A DNA stretch of 64,000 nt from Truepera sp. (GTDB lineage Bacteria; Deinococcota; Deinococci; Deinococcales; Trueperaceae). This document shows positions 43,423 to 52,367 of this stretch, one piece after another; the stretch's first letter is position 1; the number at the start of each line of letters is the position of its first letter. The notes under the pieces were generated by a model, which was not told the DNA's origin, made no database searches, and was given only the letters and a program-made list of their open reading frames with translations. The stretch is taken from NCBI GenBank assembly GCA_965218435.1, contig CBDCKW010000009.1:3104001-3168000 (forward strand), read 5' to 3'. The position numbers and the translations under genes are program-made.

Positions 43423-44339
43423 CCCAAACAGCCAAGAAGCCTAATTTCTTTATCGTCGGTGCGCCCAAGTGCGGCACGACGGCGATGAATAATTATCTGG
43501 CCGAACACCCCGAAATCTTTATTCCCGACATCAAAGAGGTGCATTTTTTCGGGCGTGACCTAAACATCACCAAGGGCGCACTCAGAGATGAAAGGGCGTA
43601 TCTCGAGCTTTTCTCCGGCGCGAAGGGCGAGAAACGGCTCGGCGAGGCGTCGGTTTGGTATCTGTACTCGAAAACTGCAGCGCAGGAGATTTATAGCTTT
43701 AACCCGGACGCGCAGATTGTCGTGATGCTCAGGAATCCGGCCGACATGCTCTATTCGCAGCACTCGCAGTTTTTGTATAACGGCAACGAGGACATCGAAG
43801 ACTTCAGCGAAGCTTTGGCTGCCGAACCCGAGCGCAAAGCCGGAAAGCGTATTCCCAAAAGTGCCCATTTAGTTGACGGACTTTTTTACTCGGAGACGGT
43901 GCAGTACGCCGAGCAGATAGAGCGGTATTTTGCGCGTTTTGGCCGGAAGAACGTCCACGTTATCTTGTATGACGATTTTCGCGCCGACTTACCGGGAACG
44001 TACCGCAAACTCTTACAATTTTTGGGTGTGCGGGATGATTTTACGCCGGAGTTTGCCGTGGTCAATCCGAACAAACGTGCCCGCAGCGCCCTCCTGCGTA
44101 ATTTTGTGCAAGCGCCGCCCGAGAGTATCAAACGCCTCAGCCGCGTGTTTTTTCCGCGCAGTTTACGGCAACGCGTGATGAAAGGGCTCGACCAGGCCAA
44201 TATCCGTTACGAAGCGAGAGCGCCCTTAGACCCTGAGCTGAAGCGGGAACTCGAGCACCGTTTCGCCCCCGAAGTTGAGGAGTTAGAAAAACTTTTGGGC
44301 CGTGACTTACCGTGGACTGAGGCCGTACGTGTGTCCTAA
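43419..44339 (+). CDS. PAPS-dependent sulfotransferase 2
   Basis: GAPKCGTT, KEVHFF, GEASVWY and RNPADMLYS; ATGA overlap with the preceding gene. Confidence 0.92.
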   Translation: MTQTAKKPNFFIVGAPKCGTTAMNNYLAEHPEIFIPDIKEVHFFGRDLNITKGALRDERAYLELFSGAKGEKRLGEASVWYLYSKTAAQEIYSFNPDAQIVVMLRNPADMLYSQHSQFLYNGNEDIEDFSEALAAEPERKAGKRIPKSAHLVDGLFYSETVQYAEQIERYFARFGRKNVHVILYDDFRADLPGTYRKLLQFLGVRDDFTPEFAVVNPNKRARSALLRNFVQAPPESIKRLSRVFFPRSLRQRVMKGLDQANIRYEARAPLDPELKRELEHRFAPEVEELEKLLGRDLPWTEAVRVS

Positions 44340-45186
44340 CCTGTTTCTCGTCGGCGCACCCAAATGCGGGACCTCGGCCCTGCACGGTTACCTGGCGCAA
44401 CACCCGGATGTGTGGATGTCCGAACCCAAAGAACCGCACTTTTTTTGTACCGATGTAGACGCGCCTTTTGCCGTTCGTGACCCGGACGCTTATGCTGCAC
44501 TTTTTAAGGATGCGGTGGGCGACATCGTAGGCGAGTCGTCGGCGACGTATCTGTATTCAAAGGTCGCCGCGCAAAAGATTCGGGCCGCGTGTCCGGACGC
44601 CGCCATCATTGCGATGCTCAGAAATCCGCTCGAGCTGATTCCATCTTTACATTCACAAAAGCGGGTCAACGGCACCGAACCCTATGAGGCGCTAGCCGAA
44701 GCCCTCGCCGCCGAACCCAAACGCAAGGCGGGCGAGCTGGAGGCCATCGGCGCGTTTCCGTTTTATGACGCCGCCGCTCGTTATACCGAGCAGCTAAAGC
44801 GTTACCTAGACGTGTTCCCGCCCGAACAACTCCACATCATCGTCTTTGACGACTTTAAGCGGGACGCGGCTGCCGTTTACGCGGGTGTCTCGAAGTTTTT
44901 GGGCCTCAAACCGTTTACGCCGAACTTCAAGGTCGTCAATCAAAATAAACGTATCCGCTCACGGGTGCTGCATAACGTCTTGCAAAACCCGGCGTCACCT
45001 GTAAACCGGTTGCCCAAACCGCTGAACCGCCTGACCTACAAGGCGCTCGACAAACTCAATTCGGCGGTTGAAGTGCGGGTACCGCTGACGCCCGCCGTCA
45101 AAGACCAACTGAGGCGTGACTTTGCCGGTGAAGTCGAGAGTCTGAGCAAACTGTTGGGCCGTGACCTGCGGGGCTGGCTCGAGTAA
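44329..45186 (+). CDS. PAPS-dependent sulfotransferase 3
   Basis: GAPKCGTS, KEPHFF, GESSATY and RNPLELIPS; GTG start assumed. Confidence 0.92.
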   Translation: MCPNLFLVGAPKCGTSALHGYLAQHPDVWMSEPKEPHFFCTDVDAPFAVRDPDAYAALFKDAVGDIVGESSATYLYSKVAAQKIRAACPDAAIIAMLRNPLELIPSLHSQKRVNGTEPYEALAEALAAEPKRKAGELEAIGAFPFYDAAARYTEQLKRYLDVFPPEQLHIIVFDDFKRDAAAVYAGVSKFLGLKPFTPNFKVVNQNKRIRSRVLHNVLQNPASPVNRLPKPLNRLTYKALDKLNSAVEVRVPLTPAVKDQLRRDFAGEVESLSKLLGRDLRGWLE

Positions 45187-45187
45187 C

Positions 45188-46252
45188 GTGCGTATCGCGT
45201 TTGTTTTGCCGGGGGCAGGCAGCGTTCCGGTCGGCGGCTTCAAGGTCGTTTACGAATACGCGAACCGGCTCGCTGAACGCGGTCACACCGTCACGGTCGT
45301 TCACACCGCGCAACCCGACCGTCAAGCCTCGAGGGGTGAAAAACTTAAAAAAGGCGTGCGCTTCGTTCAGCGCAAGCTTGATCAAAGCTACCGGCCCGAC
45401 TGGTTTACCCTAGACCCGAACGTTTCGCTCTTGTGGCGAGCAACCCCGGCGGCGGGCGGCGTCCCGGACGCTGACACCGTTGTTGCAACCGCGTGGCAAA
45501 CCGCCGAATGGGTCGCCGACTATCCCGCCGTAAAAGGCAAAAAGTTCTACCTGATTCAGCACTATGAAACCTGGAGCGGCCCGAAAGAGCGCGTAGACGC
45601 AACCTTTAGATTGGGTCTGCGCAATCTAGTGATCGCCCGGTGGTTAGAGGAACCGGTGCGGGCACAAGGGGCGGACGCCGCTTATCTGCCGAACGGCCTC
45701 GACTTTGCGGCATTTGGGATTGATAAGCCTTTAGAAGAAAGGGGACTGCACGCCATGATGCTCTACCATGACGCTGACTGGAAGGGTTCGGCGGACGGCA
45801 TTAAAGCACTTCAGCTGGTCAGAGCGCAGCTCCCAGAGTTTCAGGCGACGCTTTTCGGTACTCCAACCGTACCCACAGGTTTACCTCACTGGCTACGCTA
45901 CGAGCAGACGCCCTCACCTGAGAAGCTTCGCAAACTTTATAACGACAGCGCGATCTTTTTGGCAACCTCGTGGACTGAAGGTTGGGGGTTGCCGGGGTGC
46001 GAAGCTCTGCTGTGCGGCTGTGCGCTCGCCGCGACCGACGTGGGCGGACACCGTGAATACGCCGTAAACGGTGAAACAGCTCTCTTAAGTCCGCCTCGAG
46101 ACCCGGCGGCGCTCGCACGCAACGTCCTGAAGCTTCTAAGAGACAAACCCTTGCGTTTACGGCTCGCCGAGGAGGGGCACGCGTATGTGCAGCGGTTTAC
46201 CTGGGCAGCGGCAGTAGAGAAGTTGGAGCACGAACTCACCCGAAACCCATGA
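45188..46252 (+). CDS. GT4 family glycosyltransferase
   Basis: GGFKVVYEYANRL, VATAWQTA, YLIQHYE and the EGWGLPGCEA (EX7E) motif. Confidence 0.92.
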   Translation: MRIAFVLPGAGSVPVGGFKVVYEYANRLAERGHTVTVVHTAQPDRQASRGEKLKKGVRFVQRKLDQSYRPDWFTLDPNVSLLWRATPAAGGVPDADTVVATAWQTAEWVADYPAVKGKKFYLIQHYETWSGPKERVDATFRLGLRNLVIARWLEEPVRAQGADAAYLPNGLDFAAFGIDKPLEERGLHAMMLYHDADWKGSADGIKALQLVRAQLPEFQATLFGTPTVPTGLPHWLRYEQTPSPEKLRKLYNDSAIFLATSWTEGWGLPGCEALLCGCALAATDVGGHREYAVNGETALLSPPRDPAALARNVLKLLRDKPLRLRLAEEGHAYVQRFTWAAAVEKLEHELTRNP

Positions 46253-46311
46253 AGGTATAAGTGAACGCACGCTTACAGTTTGGGCTAAACCTCGTTGTTA
46301 CGTTGACAGGT

Positions 46312-46737
46312 ATGAAAAACGCTATGAAATACCTTATGCTCGTTTCGGTGCTAGGGTTCGGCCTAGTCGCTTGTAATCCAAACAAAGCCGGTAACGCTAC
46401 CCAAGACGCTGTTCAAAGTACCGGAAACGCTGTTCAAGACGCTGCTCAGGCTACCGGAAACGCCGTTCAAAATGCTGGCAACGCAGCTCAAGACGCCGCT
46501 CAGAATGCCAGTGACAACGCCGGAAACGCCGCGCAAAACGCTGGTAACGCCGTCAACAACGCGGTTGATAATACGCAAAACGCTGCTCAGGATGCGGGTA
46601 ATGCCGTCAATAACGCTACGGATAACGCCGGGAACGCAGTTAATAATGCTGCTCAAAATGCAGGCAACGCAGCCAACAATGCTGCTGACAACGCCCAAAA
46701 CGCGGCCCAGAACGCCGTCAGTGGTGGCGGCAACTAA
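46312..46737 (+). CDS. Lipoprotein made of Asn/Ala/Gln/Asp-rich repeats
   Basis: Signal peptide with lipobox LVAC, then recurring GNA(V/A)(Q/N)(D/N)A units; TACGTT-7nt-ATG. Confidence 0.85.
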   Translation: MKNAMKYLMLVSVLGFGLVACNPNKAGNATQDAVQSTGNAVQDAAQATGNAVQNAGNAAQDAAQNASDNAGNAAQNAGNAVNNAVDNTQNAAQDAGNAVNNATDNAGNAVNNAAQNAGNAANNAADNAQNAAQNAVSGGGN

Positions 46738-46767
46738 AACATCTTACCCGTAAACCAATGAATTAAC

Positions 46768-46796
46768 AAAAAAGGTTGCTCTAAAGCAGCCTTTTT
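46768..46796 (+). terminator. Intrinsic terminator (bidirectional)
   Basis: AAAAAAGGTTGC-tctaaa-GCAGCCTTTTT. Confidence 0.8.
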
Positions 46797-46937
46797 CATC
46801 TGGCGTAAGCGCGCCCCCGTTCAGCAAGCATCATCTGGCCAGCTACACCTTCACTTTAGGAAATACCGTCTAGCACGCACGTTCTAAGATGAAATTTGGT
46901 ACCATCTCTCTTGAAAATGCTTTTTAGAAACGGTTTC

Positions 46938-47666
46938 TTAAATCCTATTTCTGGCTGTCTCATAGAGTGCCACGCCGACGGCGACCGCTAGGTTGAGCGA
47001 CTCAACGAGCGAACTCTGCGGAATTTTGACACTCTTCCCAATATTGGCATATTCAGGCAGTAATCCGGCACCTTCAGGTCCGAAAACGAGGGTATAAGGC
47101 GTATCAAATTCGACGTCTTTTAGTTCTACCGAAGCGTCCAACATGAACGGATAAAGTATGTGGGGGAAGGCCGAACGGTACGCCCCTAGCGAGCTGAAAT
47201 AGCGAAACCGGAGCGCAAACGCCGCGCCCATCGAGGCGCGTACCACATGCGGGTTAAAAAGGTCTACAGCAGGCTCTAAGAGGGCCAGGTCACGCATCCC
47301 AAACGCCAGCATCGTCCGGGCAATAGTGCCCAGGTTGCCGTTATCACTCGGGTTGACCAAAAGCAAATGGTTAGCGTCGGCAGAGAGTGGCGCAGCGTAC
47401 TTGTCGAAGACACCGAAAACGTAGACGTTGCCCTTGTGCGAGAGCCGCTCGACCGCGCGGTCGTTGACCTCAAAGGAAATTCCGTGCGCCGTGCAGAGGT
47501 CTTTGAGTTTGCTTAAGCCGCCGCTTTTCTCACCTTTGCTGTGAGCAACGACGCGCTGCACCTGCTCAGGCCGGTGCGTAAGCAGCTCGAGGGTCGGAAA
47601 GACGCCGAAGCTGTACGAATAGCCGAACTCTTTTTGATACTTTTTAAGCTGACCCGGACCGCTCAC
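46938..47666 (-). CDS. TrmH/SpoU family RNA methyltransferase
   Basis: GNLGTIART, VRASMGA, FGPEGAGL and ESLNLAVA motifs. Confidence 0.93.
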   Translation of the reverse strand: MSGPGQLKKYQKEFGYSYSFGVFPTLELLTHRPEQVQRVVAHSKGEKSGGLSKLKDLCTAHGISFEVNDRAVERLSHKGNVYVFGVFDKYAAPLSADANHLLLVNPSDNGNLGTIARTMLAFGMRDLALLEPAVDLFNPHVVRASMGAAFALRFRYFSSLGAYRSAFPHILYPFMLDASVELKDVEFDTPYTLVFGPEGAGLLPEYANIGKSVKIPQSSLVESLNLAVAVGVALYETARNRI

Positions 47667-48655
47667 TCAAGGATACCTGCAAAGGGAGCCTCGAGCCCAG
47701 TCACCGCCGCTTCACGCGCGTCTTCAGGCACCCAGTCGAACGCCAGCACGCCCCGATAGGCGCGCACCGCCCCGGCGCGGTCGCCGTTTAGGTCGCGGAG
47801 TTGGCCCAACCGGGCGAGCAAGTACCCCGGCAGGTAGTAAGGCGTGCTGAAGTCACCGTTTACGGCAGCCTCGAGCCGTTCCAACGCTTCGGCGGGGTGC
47901 CCGTTCATTAAGAGCAAGTTGGCCTCGTGAAAGCGAGCTTCGGCCCCTTTGACCTCACGGAGACTGCTCAGGAGAGCCGCCGGGTCAGCGGCGTCGCCGC
48001 GAAAGGCCACGTCGAGGAGCGCCCGCTCACGGATGGTTTCATCGTGCGGGACCTCTCTGGGGATTAAAACGTCGGCACCCACTGCTGACAGCGCCTCATG
48101 CAAGAAGGGCAGCTGCTCGGCGCTGGCGAGCACCGTCACACGCGTTTCGGACAGTTTGGCGACGCACGCCGCAAGCTCGGTCAACCGTTCACGCCACCAG
48201 TCGGTACCGGGACCGTCGCCGAAAACCGCCTCGCGCTCCTGCTGATAGTCTTTTAGAACAGGTACGACCTCATCCCAGATACGGGCCAGCATCAAGGGCT
48301 GCGGCAACAGCTCGTCTAAAGGACGCAGCAGTGCCTCGAGCCTTAAGAGCTGTTCACGGGTCTGCGGATACGCCGCAAGATAACGCTGAAAGTCCGCTTC
48401 AGCCTCAGGGTCGGGGCTTCCCGGCATTCCGGCCCCTAGTCTCACGCCCTGCCGCTCCGCCCACGCCAGCACGGGCGGCAAGCTGATTTCAGGCGTATCT
48501 TGCCACGCTGGAGTCGCCAACGCGCCCGGTGCGAGCGGTGCGGGGACGACGACTTCAGGGCGGCTCGCCCGAACGAGCGCCAACACACTCGCCGCGTTGT
48601 AAACCGGGTAACGCAGGTGCCACGCACTGAGGAGGGGGATGAGCGTGACGCTCAT
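47663..48655 (-). CDS. Hypothetical protein with a C-terminal TPR-like region
   Basis: About 330 aa; overlaps both neighbours by 4 nt; LARLGQLRDL.GDRAGAVRAY TPR-like helix pair. Confidence 0.7.
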   Translation of the reverse strand: MSVTLIPLLSAWHLRYPVYNAASVLALVRASRPEVVVPAPLAPGALATPAWQDTPEISLPPVLAWAERQGVRLGAGMPGSPDPEAEADFQRYLAAYPQTREQLLRLEALLRPLDELLPQPLMLARIWDEVVPVLKDYQQEREAVFGDGPGTDWWRERLTELAACVAKLSETRVTVLASAEQLPFLHEALSAVGADVLIPREVPHDETIRERALLDVAFRGDAADPAALLSSLREVKGAEARFHEANLLLMNGHPAEALERLEAAVNGDFSTPYYLPGYLLARLGQLRDLNGDRAGAVRAYRGVLAFDWVPEDAREAAVTGLEAPFAGILE

Positions 48656-48957
48656 TCTTCCCTGAGCCAATCGTCAAGCCAGTTATCAAAAGGGTCGTCC
48701 TCAAAGCGGTCGTCCTCAAAAGGGTCGTGCTGGGGCTGCTCACCCCTGGCGCGGGCACGTTCTTCGCGGCGCAGCGCCGCTGCCCGGAGGCGCTCTTTTT
48801 CATACGCCGCGTCCTCGTGTCGGCCCTGCGCTTCACGGAAGATACGGTTAAGAAGCCTCGCGCCGGTGTCTTCCGGTAGGACTACCGCTCTTTTCTCCTC
48901 GCGCCGCTCGGCTCGCCGCGCCGCTTGCCGCGCTCTTTTTTTGCTCTTTTTCGCCAT
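48652..48957 (-). CDS. Small highly charged hypothetical protein
   Basis: Basic N-terminus and acidic D(P/R)F(E/D)D repeats at the C-terminus; TAGCAT-5nt-ATG. Confidence 0.7.
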   Translation of the reverse strand: MAKKSKKRARQAARRAERREEKRAVVLPEDTGARLLNRIFREAQGRHEDAAYEKERLRAAALRREERARARGEQPQHDPFEDDRFEDDPFDNWLDDWLREE

Positions 48958-49085
48958 ACTTTATGCTACACAGCAGGTGCCTGTGGGTGTACCGAGGGCG
49001 CTACCGTATGCTTTACTACGGTGACGCAGCCCAGCTCATCAATAATTAGACAGGGCTGAAACGTGGGCATGATGACGTTAGAGGC

Positions 49086-49724
49086 GTGACAACGTTAGAA
49101 AGGGGCAGAATGGAACACACTGAAAGCTATTCGGGCTCCGTAAGAGTCGAAGACGCCGAAACGTCTAACTCTTTTGGAAACGCGGCCCAGGACGTCTCGA
49201 GAGACGCGCAGCGGCGGGGCCGCGAGGTTTTCGGCAAGGTCGCAGGCGAGGCGCAGAGTGTTGCACAGCGTTTGCGCGGCGAGGCGACCGGCGCACTCGG
49301 TGAGGGCAAAACGCAGCTTGCTACGCAAATTGGCGGCGTCGCGCGGGCGCTCCACGCCAGCAGCCGAGAGTTTCGGAGCGATGACCTTACGGGTTTGGCG
49401 GACCTCAGTGAAGGGCTGGCCGAACAGGTCGAAGCCGTCGAGCACTACCTCGAGCAGCGGAGCAGCGAGTCACTTTTAAGCGACGTCCGCAGGTTTGCCG
49501 GTCGCCACCGCACACTGTTTGTCGGGAGTTTATTTGTTGCGGGCTTTGTCGCGGTTCGTTTTACGCAGAGCACACCGCCTGTTACATCGTCTAGCACATC
49601 ATCTGCGGCCTCGAGAGGGGCGAAGACACCCAAAACAGCAGCTAACACAACGTCCGCAACGACGGTCGTAAGTCGGGGCCGAGCCAGACGGAGCCAAGTC
49701 AAGACCTACCGGACGGACCGCTGA
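49086..49724 (+). CDS. Hypothetical helical membrane-anchored protein (general-stress type)
   Basis: Amphipathic helices followed by DVRRFAGRH and one TM segment; start may be ATG 49110. Confidence 0.65.
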   Translation: MTTLERGRMEHTESYSGSVRVEDAETSNSFGNAAQDVSRDAQRRGREVFGKVAGEAQSVAQRLRGEATGALGEGKTQLATQIGGVARALHASSREFRSDDLTGLADLSEGLAEQVEAVEHYLEQRSSESLLSDVRRFAGRHRTLFVGSLFVAGFVAVRFTQSTPPVTSSSTSSAASRGAKTPKTAANTTSATTVVSRGRARRSQVKTYRTDR

Positions 49725-50056
49725 TGTCTAACTATAACGAGCAGCCCGACCCGCGTGACCGGAGCCCCGAGCAGCTCGAGGCAGACATTGCCGCGACGCG
49801 CCGCCGCATCAGCCAAAACGTAGACGATCTGTCGTACAAGCTGAGCCCGGAGGGGATCGGGCACGAGGTTAAAGGCACGCTGGCCGACACGCAGCAGCTG
49901 ACTTTCGGCGCGATTGAAGGACTGGGCGACGAGTTTATGGCGCGTACCGGCAACTGGGGCGAGAGAACCAGAGGATTCACCAAACGCCATTCGGTCCCGG
50001 TGACCTTGGTCGGTCTTGGACTCGCGTGGTTAGTCATGCGCTCCAGCCGCCGCTAG
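49724..50056 (+). CDS. DUF3618 domain protein
   Basis: SPEQLEADIAATRRRISQNVDDL..KLSP and a C-terminal TM anchor. Confidence 0.8.
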   Translation: MSNYNEQPDPRDRSPEQLEADIAATRRRISQNVDDLSYKLSPEGIGHEVKGTLADTQQLTFGAIEGLGDEFMARTGNWGERTRGFTKRHSVPVTLVGLGLAWLVMRSSRR

Positions 50057-50316
50057 CGGGTCTGTCAGCTTAAGTGGTAGCTTAGAAAAACGCCGGAGCA
50101 CAACATCGGTGCTCGCTGCAAAGACGAAAAGGGGGACGTATGGTGTAGAACTTTGCGCCGAAATGGTGCCACGCTAAAGCCAAGCAACGAAACCACCCAC
50201 CCTTCCGAGACCAGGGCGTAAAGTCAGCCTCAACGTAAGGTTCTCGTACCGGGTTTCTCATATATGGTTTTCTCGAGCTAAAAGCTCAGCCATTCTAAAA
50301 TAGTCAAGGAGACATC

Positions 50317-51165
50317 ATGTCTGCAGACCGAGTTATCGTTAATAGTGGGGGCAGAGACAACGGCCCCGTTCGCCACACCGCCTGGGGCGCAGTTTTTGCG
50401 GGTGCCATTATCGCCCTGATGATCACCTTTTTGCTCAACTTACTTTTTGCCGGAATCGGGCTCGCCAACTTTGACCCGGCGACCAGCAACAACCCACTGT
50501 CAGGGTACGGAACCGGCAGCATCATCGCGGTTATCGTGATCAACGTCGTCGCGCTCTTTATCGGCGGTCTGGTAGCCGGACGTTTAAGCGGGACGCCGCG
50601 CCGTGGTGACGCGGTGATTCACGGCATCTTGACCTGGAGCCTCCTAACCATCGGGACGATTTTGCTGCTTTCGACGGCTATCGGCCGGATCGTCGGCGGC
50701 GTCGCCGGACTCGTAGGGAACACGGTCTCGAGCGTAACTCAGGCTGCACCTGCGGCAGCCAACGCCCTGCCAAACCAGCTCGACGTGCAAGGCCAGATCA
50801 ATCAGTTTTTAACTGACGCAGGTGTGCAAAACCCACAGCAGACCGGACAAGAGCTCGTTCAGCGTATCGTTCAGCGTGTTGAAAACGGTGAAAGCCTGAC
50901 CTCGCCCGCCGCCCAGCAAGAGTTCAAAACTTTTTTGGCGAACAACTCAACCTTAACCACGCAAGAGATTGACCAGAAGGTTCAGCAGTTTACGCAGCAG
51001 GCAGATCAAACCGCCAACCAGGTCGTACAAACCACGCAAGAAGTCGCCAGTGTTGCCGGAACGACCGCCTACGCGCTCTTCGGTGCGTTGCTGCTGGGAG
51101 CGATTATCGCTATCTTCGGTGCCCTTGCGGGTGCGCCCAAAGACTCTTTTGACGCTCGAGTCTAG
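50317..51165 (+). CDS. Conserved membrane protein with a Gln-rich extracytoplasmic loop
   Basis: AWGAVFAG, AGRLSG and HGILTW blocks, about 4 TM segments; SD AAGGAG. Confidence 0.75.
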   Translation: MSADRVIVNSGGRDNGPVRHTAWGAVFAGAIIALMITFLLNLLFAGIGLANFDPATSNNPLSGYGTGSIIAVIVINVVALFIGGLVAGRLSGTPRRGDAVIHGILTWSLLTIGTILLLSTAIGRIVGGVAGLVGNTVSSVTQAAPAAANALPNQLDVQGQINQFLTDAGVQNPQQTGQELVQRIVQRVENGESLTSPAAQQEFKTFLANNSTLTTQEIDQKVQQFTQQADQTANQVVQTTQEVASVAGTTAYALFGALLLGAIIAIFGALAGAPKDSFDARV

Positions 51166-51189
51166 CTTTTTTAGCAGCATCTAAGTACC

Positions 51190-51220
51190 AAAAGGGCGGC
51201 TACAGCCGCCCTTTTCTTTT
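51190..51220 (+). terminator. Intrinsic terminator
   Basis: AAAAGGGCGGCT-ac-AGCCGCCCTTTT followed by CTTTT. Confidence 0.88.
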
Positions 51221-51385
51221 AGCATTGACAGAAGAGATTGACACTGCCGTCATCACAAAATGTACGTGCTGGTCAACAAAACTTAAATGAAGAACGTTGC
51301 CGGCCAGCTAACACCTGCTAGTTGTATGCCTTATTTATCCAGATAAGCATACAGTTATTTGCGTGAGAGTAGGAAATAGTAACGT

Positions 51386-52363
51386 ATGTCAGTAGCCACT
51401 ATAGAGACGCTCGTCGTCGGAGCCGGTATCGCCGGGTTGAGGGCGGCGCGCACCTTGGCGGACGCCGGGACCCGCGTTCTCGTTTTAGAAAAAAGCCGAG
51501 GTTTTGGTGGACGGGCCGCCACTAAACGGCTTCACGGTTTACGAGTTGATTCCGGCGCACAGTACTTTACTGCCAGAGACCCGCGTTTTCAGAGGCAAGT
51601 TGACGCGTGGCAAGGGTCAGGGCTCGAGGTTTGGACAACAGGCTTTCACACCCTGACCCCTGAAGGCTTGCAAGTTCCTCAAAAGGGTCACCCGCGCTAC
51701 GCCTTTACGGACGGGATGAACACCATCGGCAAGCTTTTGGCTGAGGGGCTCCATGTTCGGCGCTCAGAGACCGTCACCGAGCTTGTGCGAACAGCGTCCG
51801 GGTGGCGAGTTGGGCTAGACGATGGGACGACGTACACCGCCGAGCGCGTTTTACTTAACCTTCCGGCCCCGCAAGCACTGGCTTTGGCCCCGGACGTCAG
51901 TGAACCAACCCGGCAGCACCTAAACCGGGTCGAGTTTGCGCCGTGTCTGGCACTGATGGCCGAATACGAAGGGGCTGCCCCGAAGTGGTCGGGCATCGTC
52001 GTTCAAGACGACCCCAACCCGCTTTCATGGCTCGCCAACGGTAGCAGCAAACGTGCGCACGAAGAGCCTACCGTCCTCGTTTTACACGCCAAGCCGACGT
52101 TTTCCCAAAAGTATCTGGAAACGCCCGCAGACGCCGTTCCTGAAATGCTGGGGGTCGCCGCCTCACTCGGTTTTGCTGCCCCACGTTGGACGGAGCTGCA
52201 ACGGTGGCGTTACGCCAAAGCAACCTCGCCTTATAACGGGGCGTACCTTAAAGAGGACGACAGCTTGTTTTTTTGCGGCGATTGGTGCGGCGGAGCGAAA
52301 GTAGAAGACGCCTATTTGTCGGGGCTAGAAGTTGCCGAAGCTATGCTGGCAACCTCAAAGTAA
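51386..52363 (+). CDS. Renalase-like NAD(P)/FAD-dependent oxidoreductase
   Basis: GAGIAG, EKSRGFGGR, DSGAQYFT, RWRYA and CGDW motifs. Confidence 0.9.
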   Translation: MSVATIETLVVGAGIAGLRAARTLADAGTRVLVLEKSRGFGGRAATKRLHGLRVDSGAQYFTARDPRFQRQVDAWQGSGLEVWTTGFHTLTPEGLQVPQKGHPRYAFTDGMNTIGKLLAEGLHVRRSETVTELVRTASGWRVGLDDGTTYTAERVLLNLPAPQALALAPDVSEPTRQHLNRVEFAPCLALMAEYEGAAPKWSGIVVQDDPNPLSWLANGSSKRAHEEPTVLVLHAKPTFSQKYLETPADAVPEMLGVAASLGFAAPRWTELQRWRYAKATSPYNGAYLKEDDSLFFCGDWCGGAKVEDAYLSGLEVAEAMLATSK

Positions 52364-52367
52364 GGCG

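Noticed and set aside
46312..46737. Ice-nucleation or curli protein
   Set aside because: Lacks AGYGSTxT or curlin-type repeats; the periodicity fits helices better.
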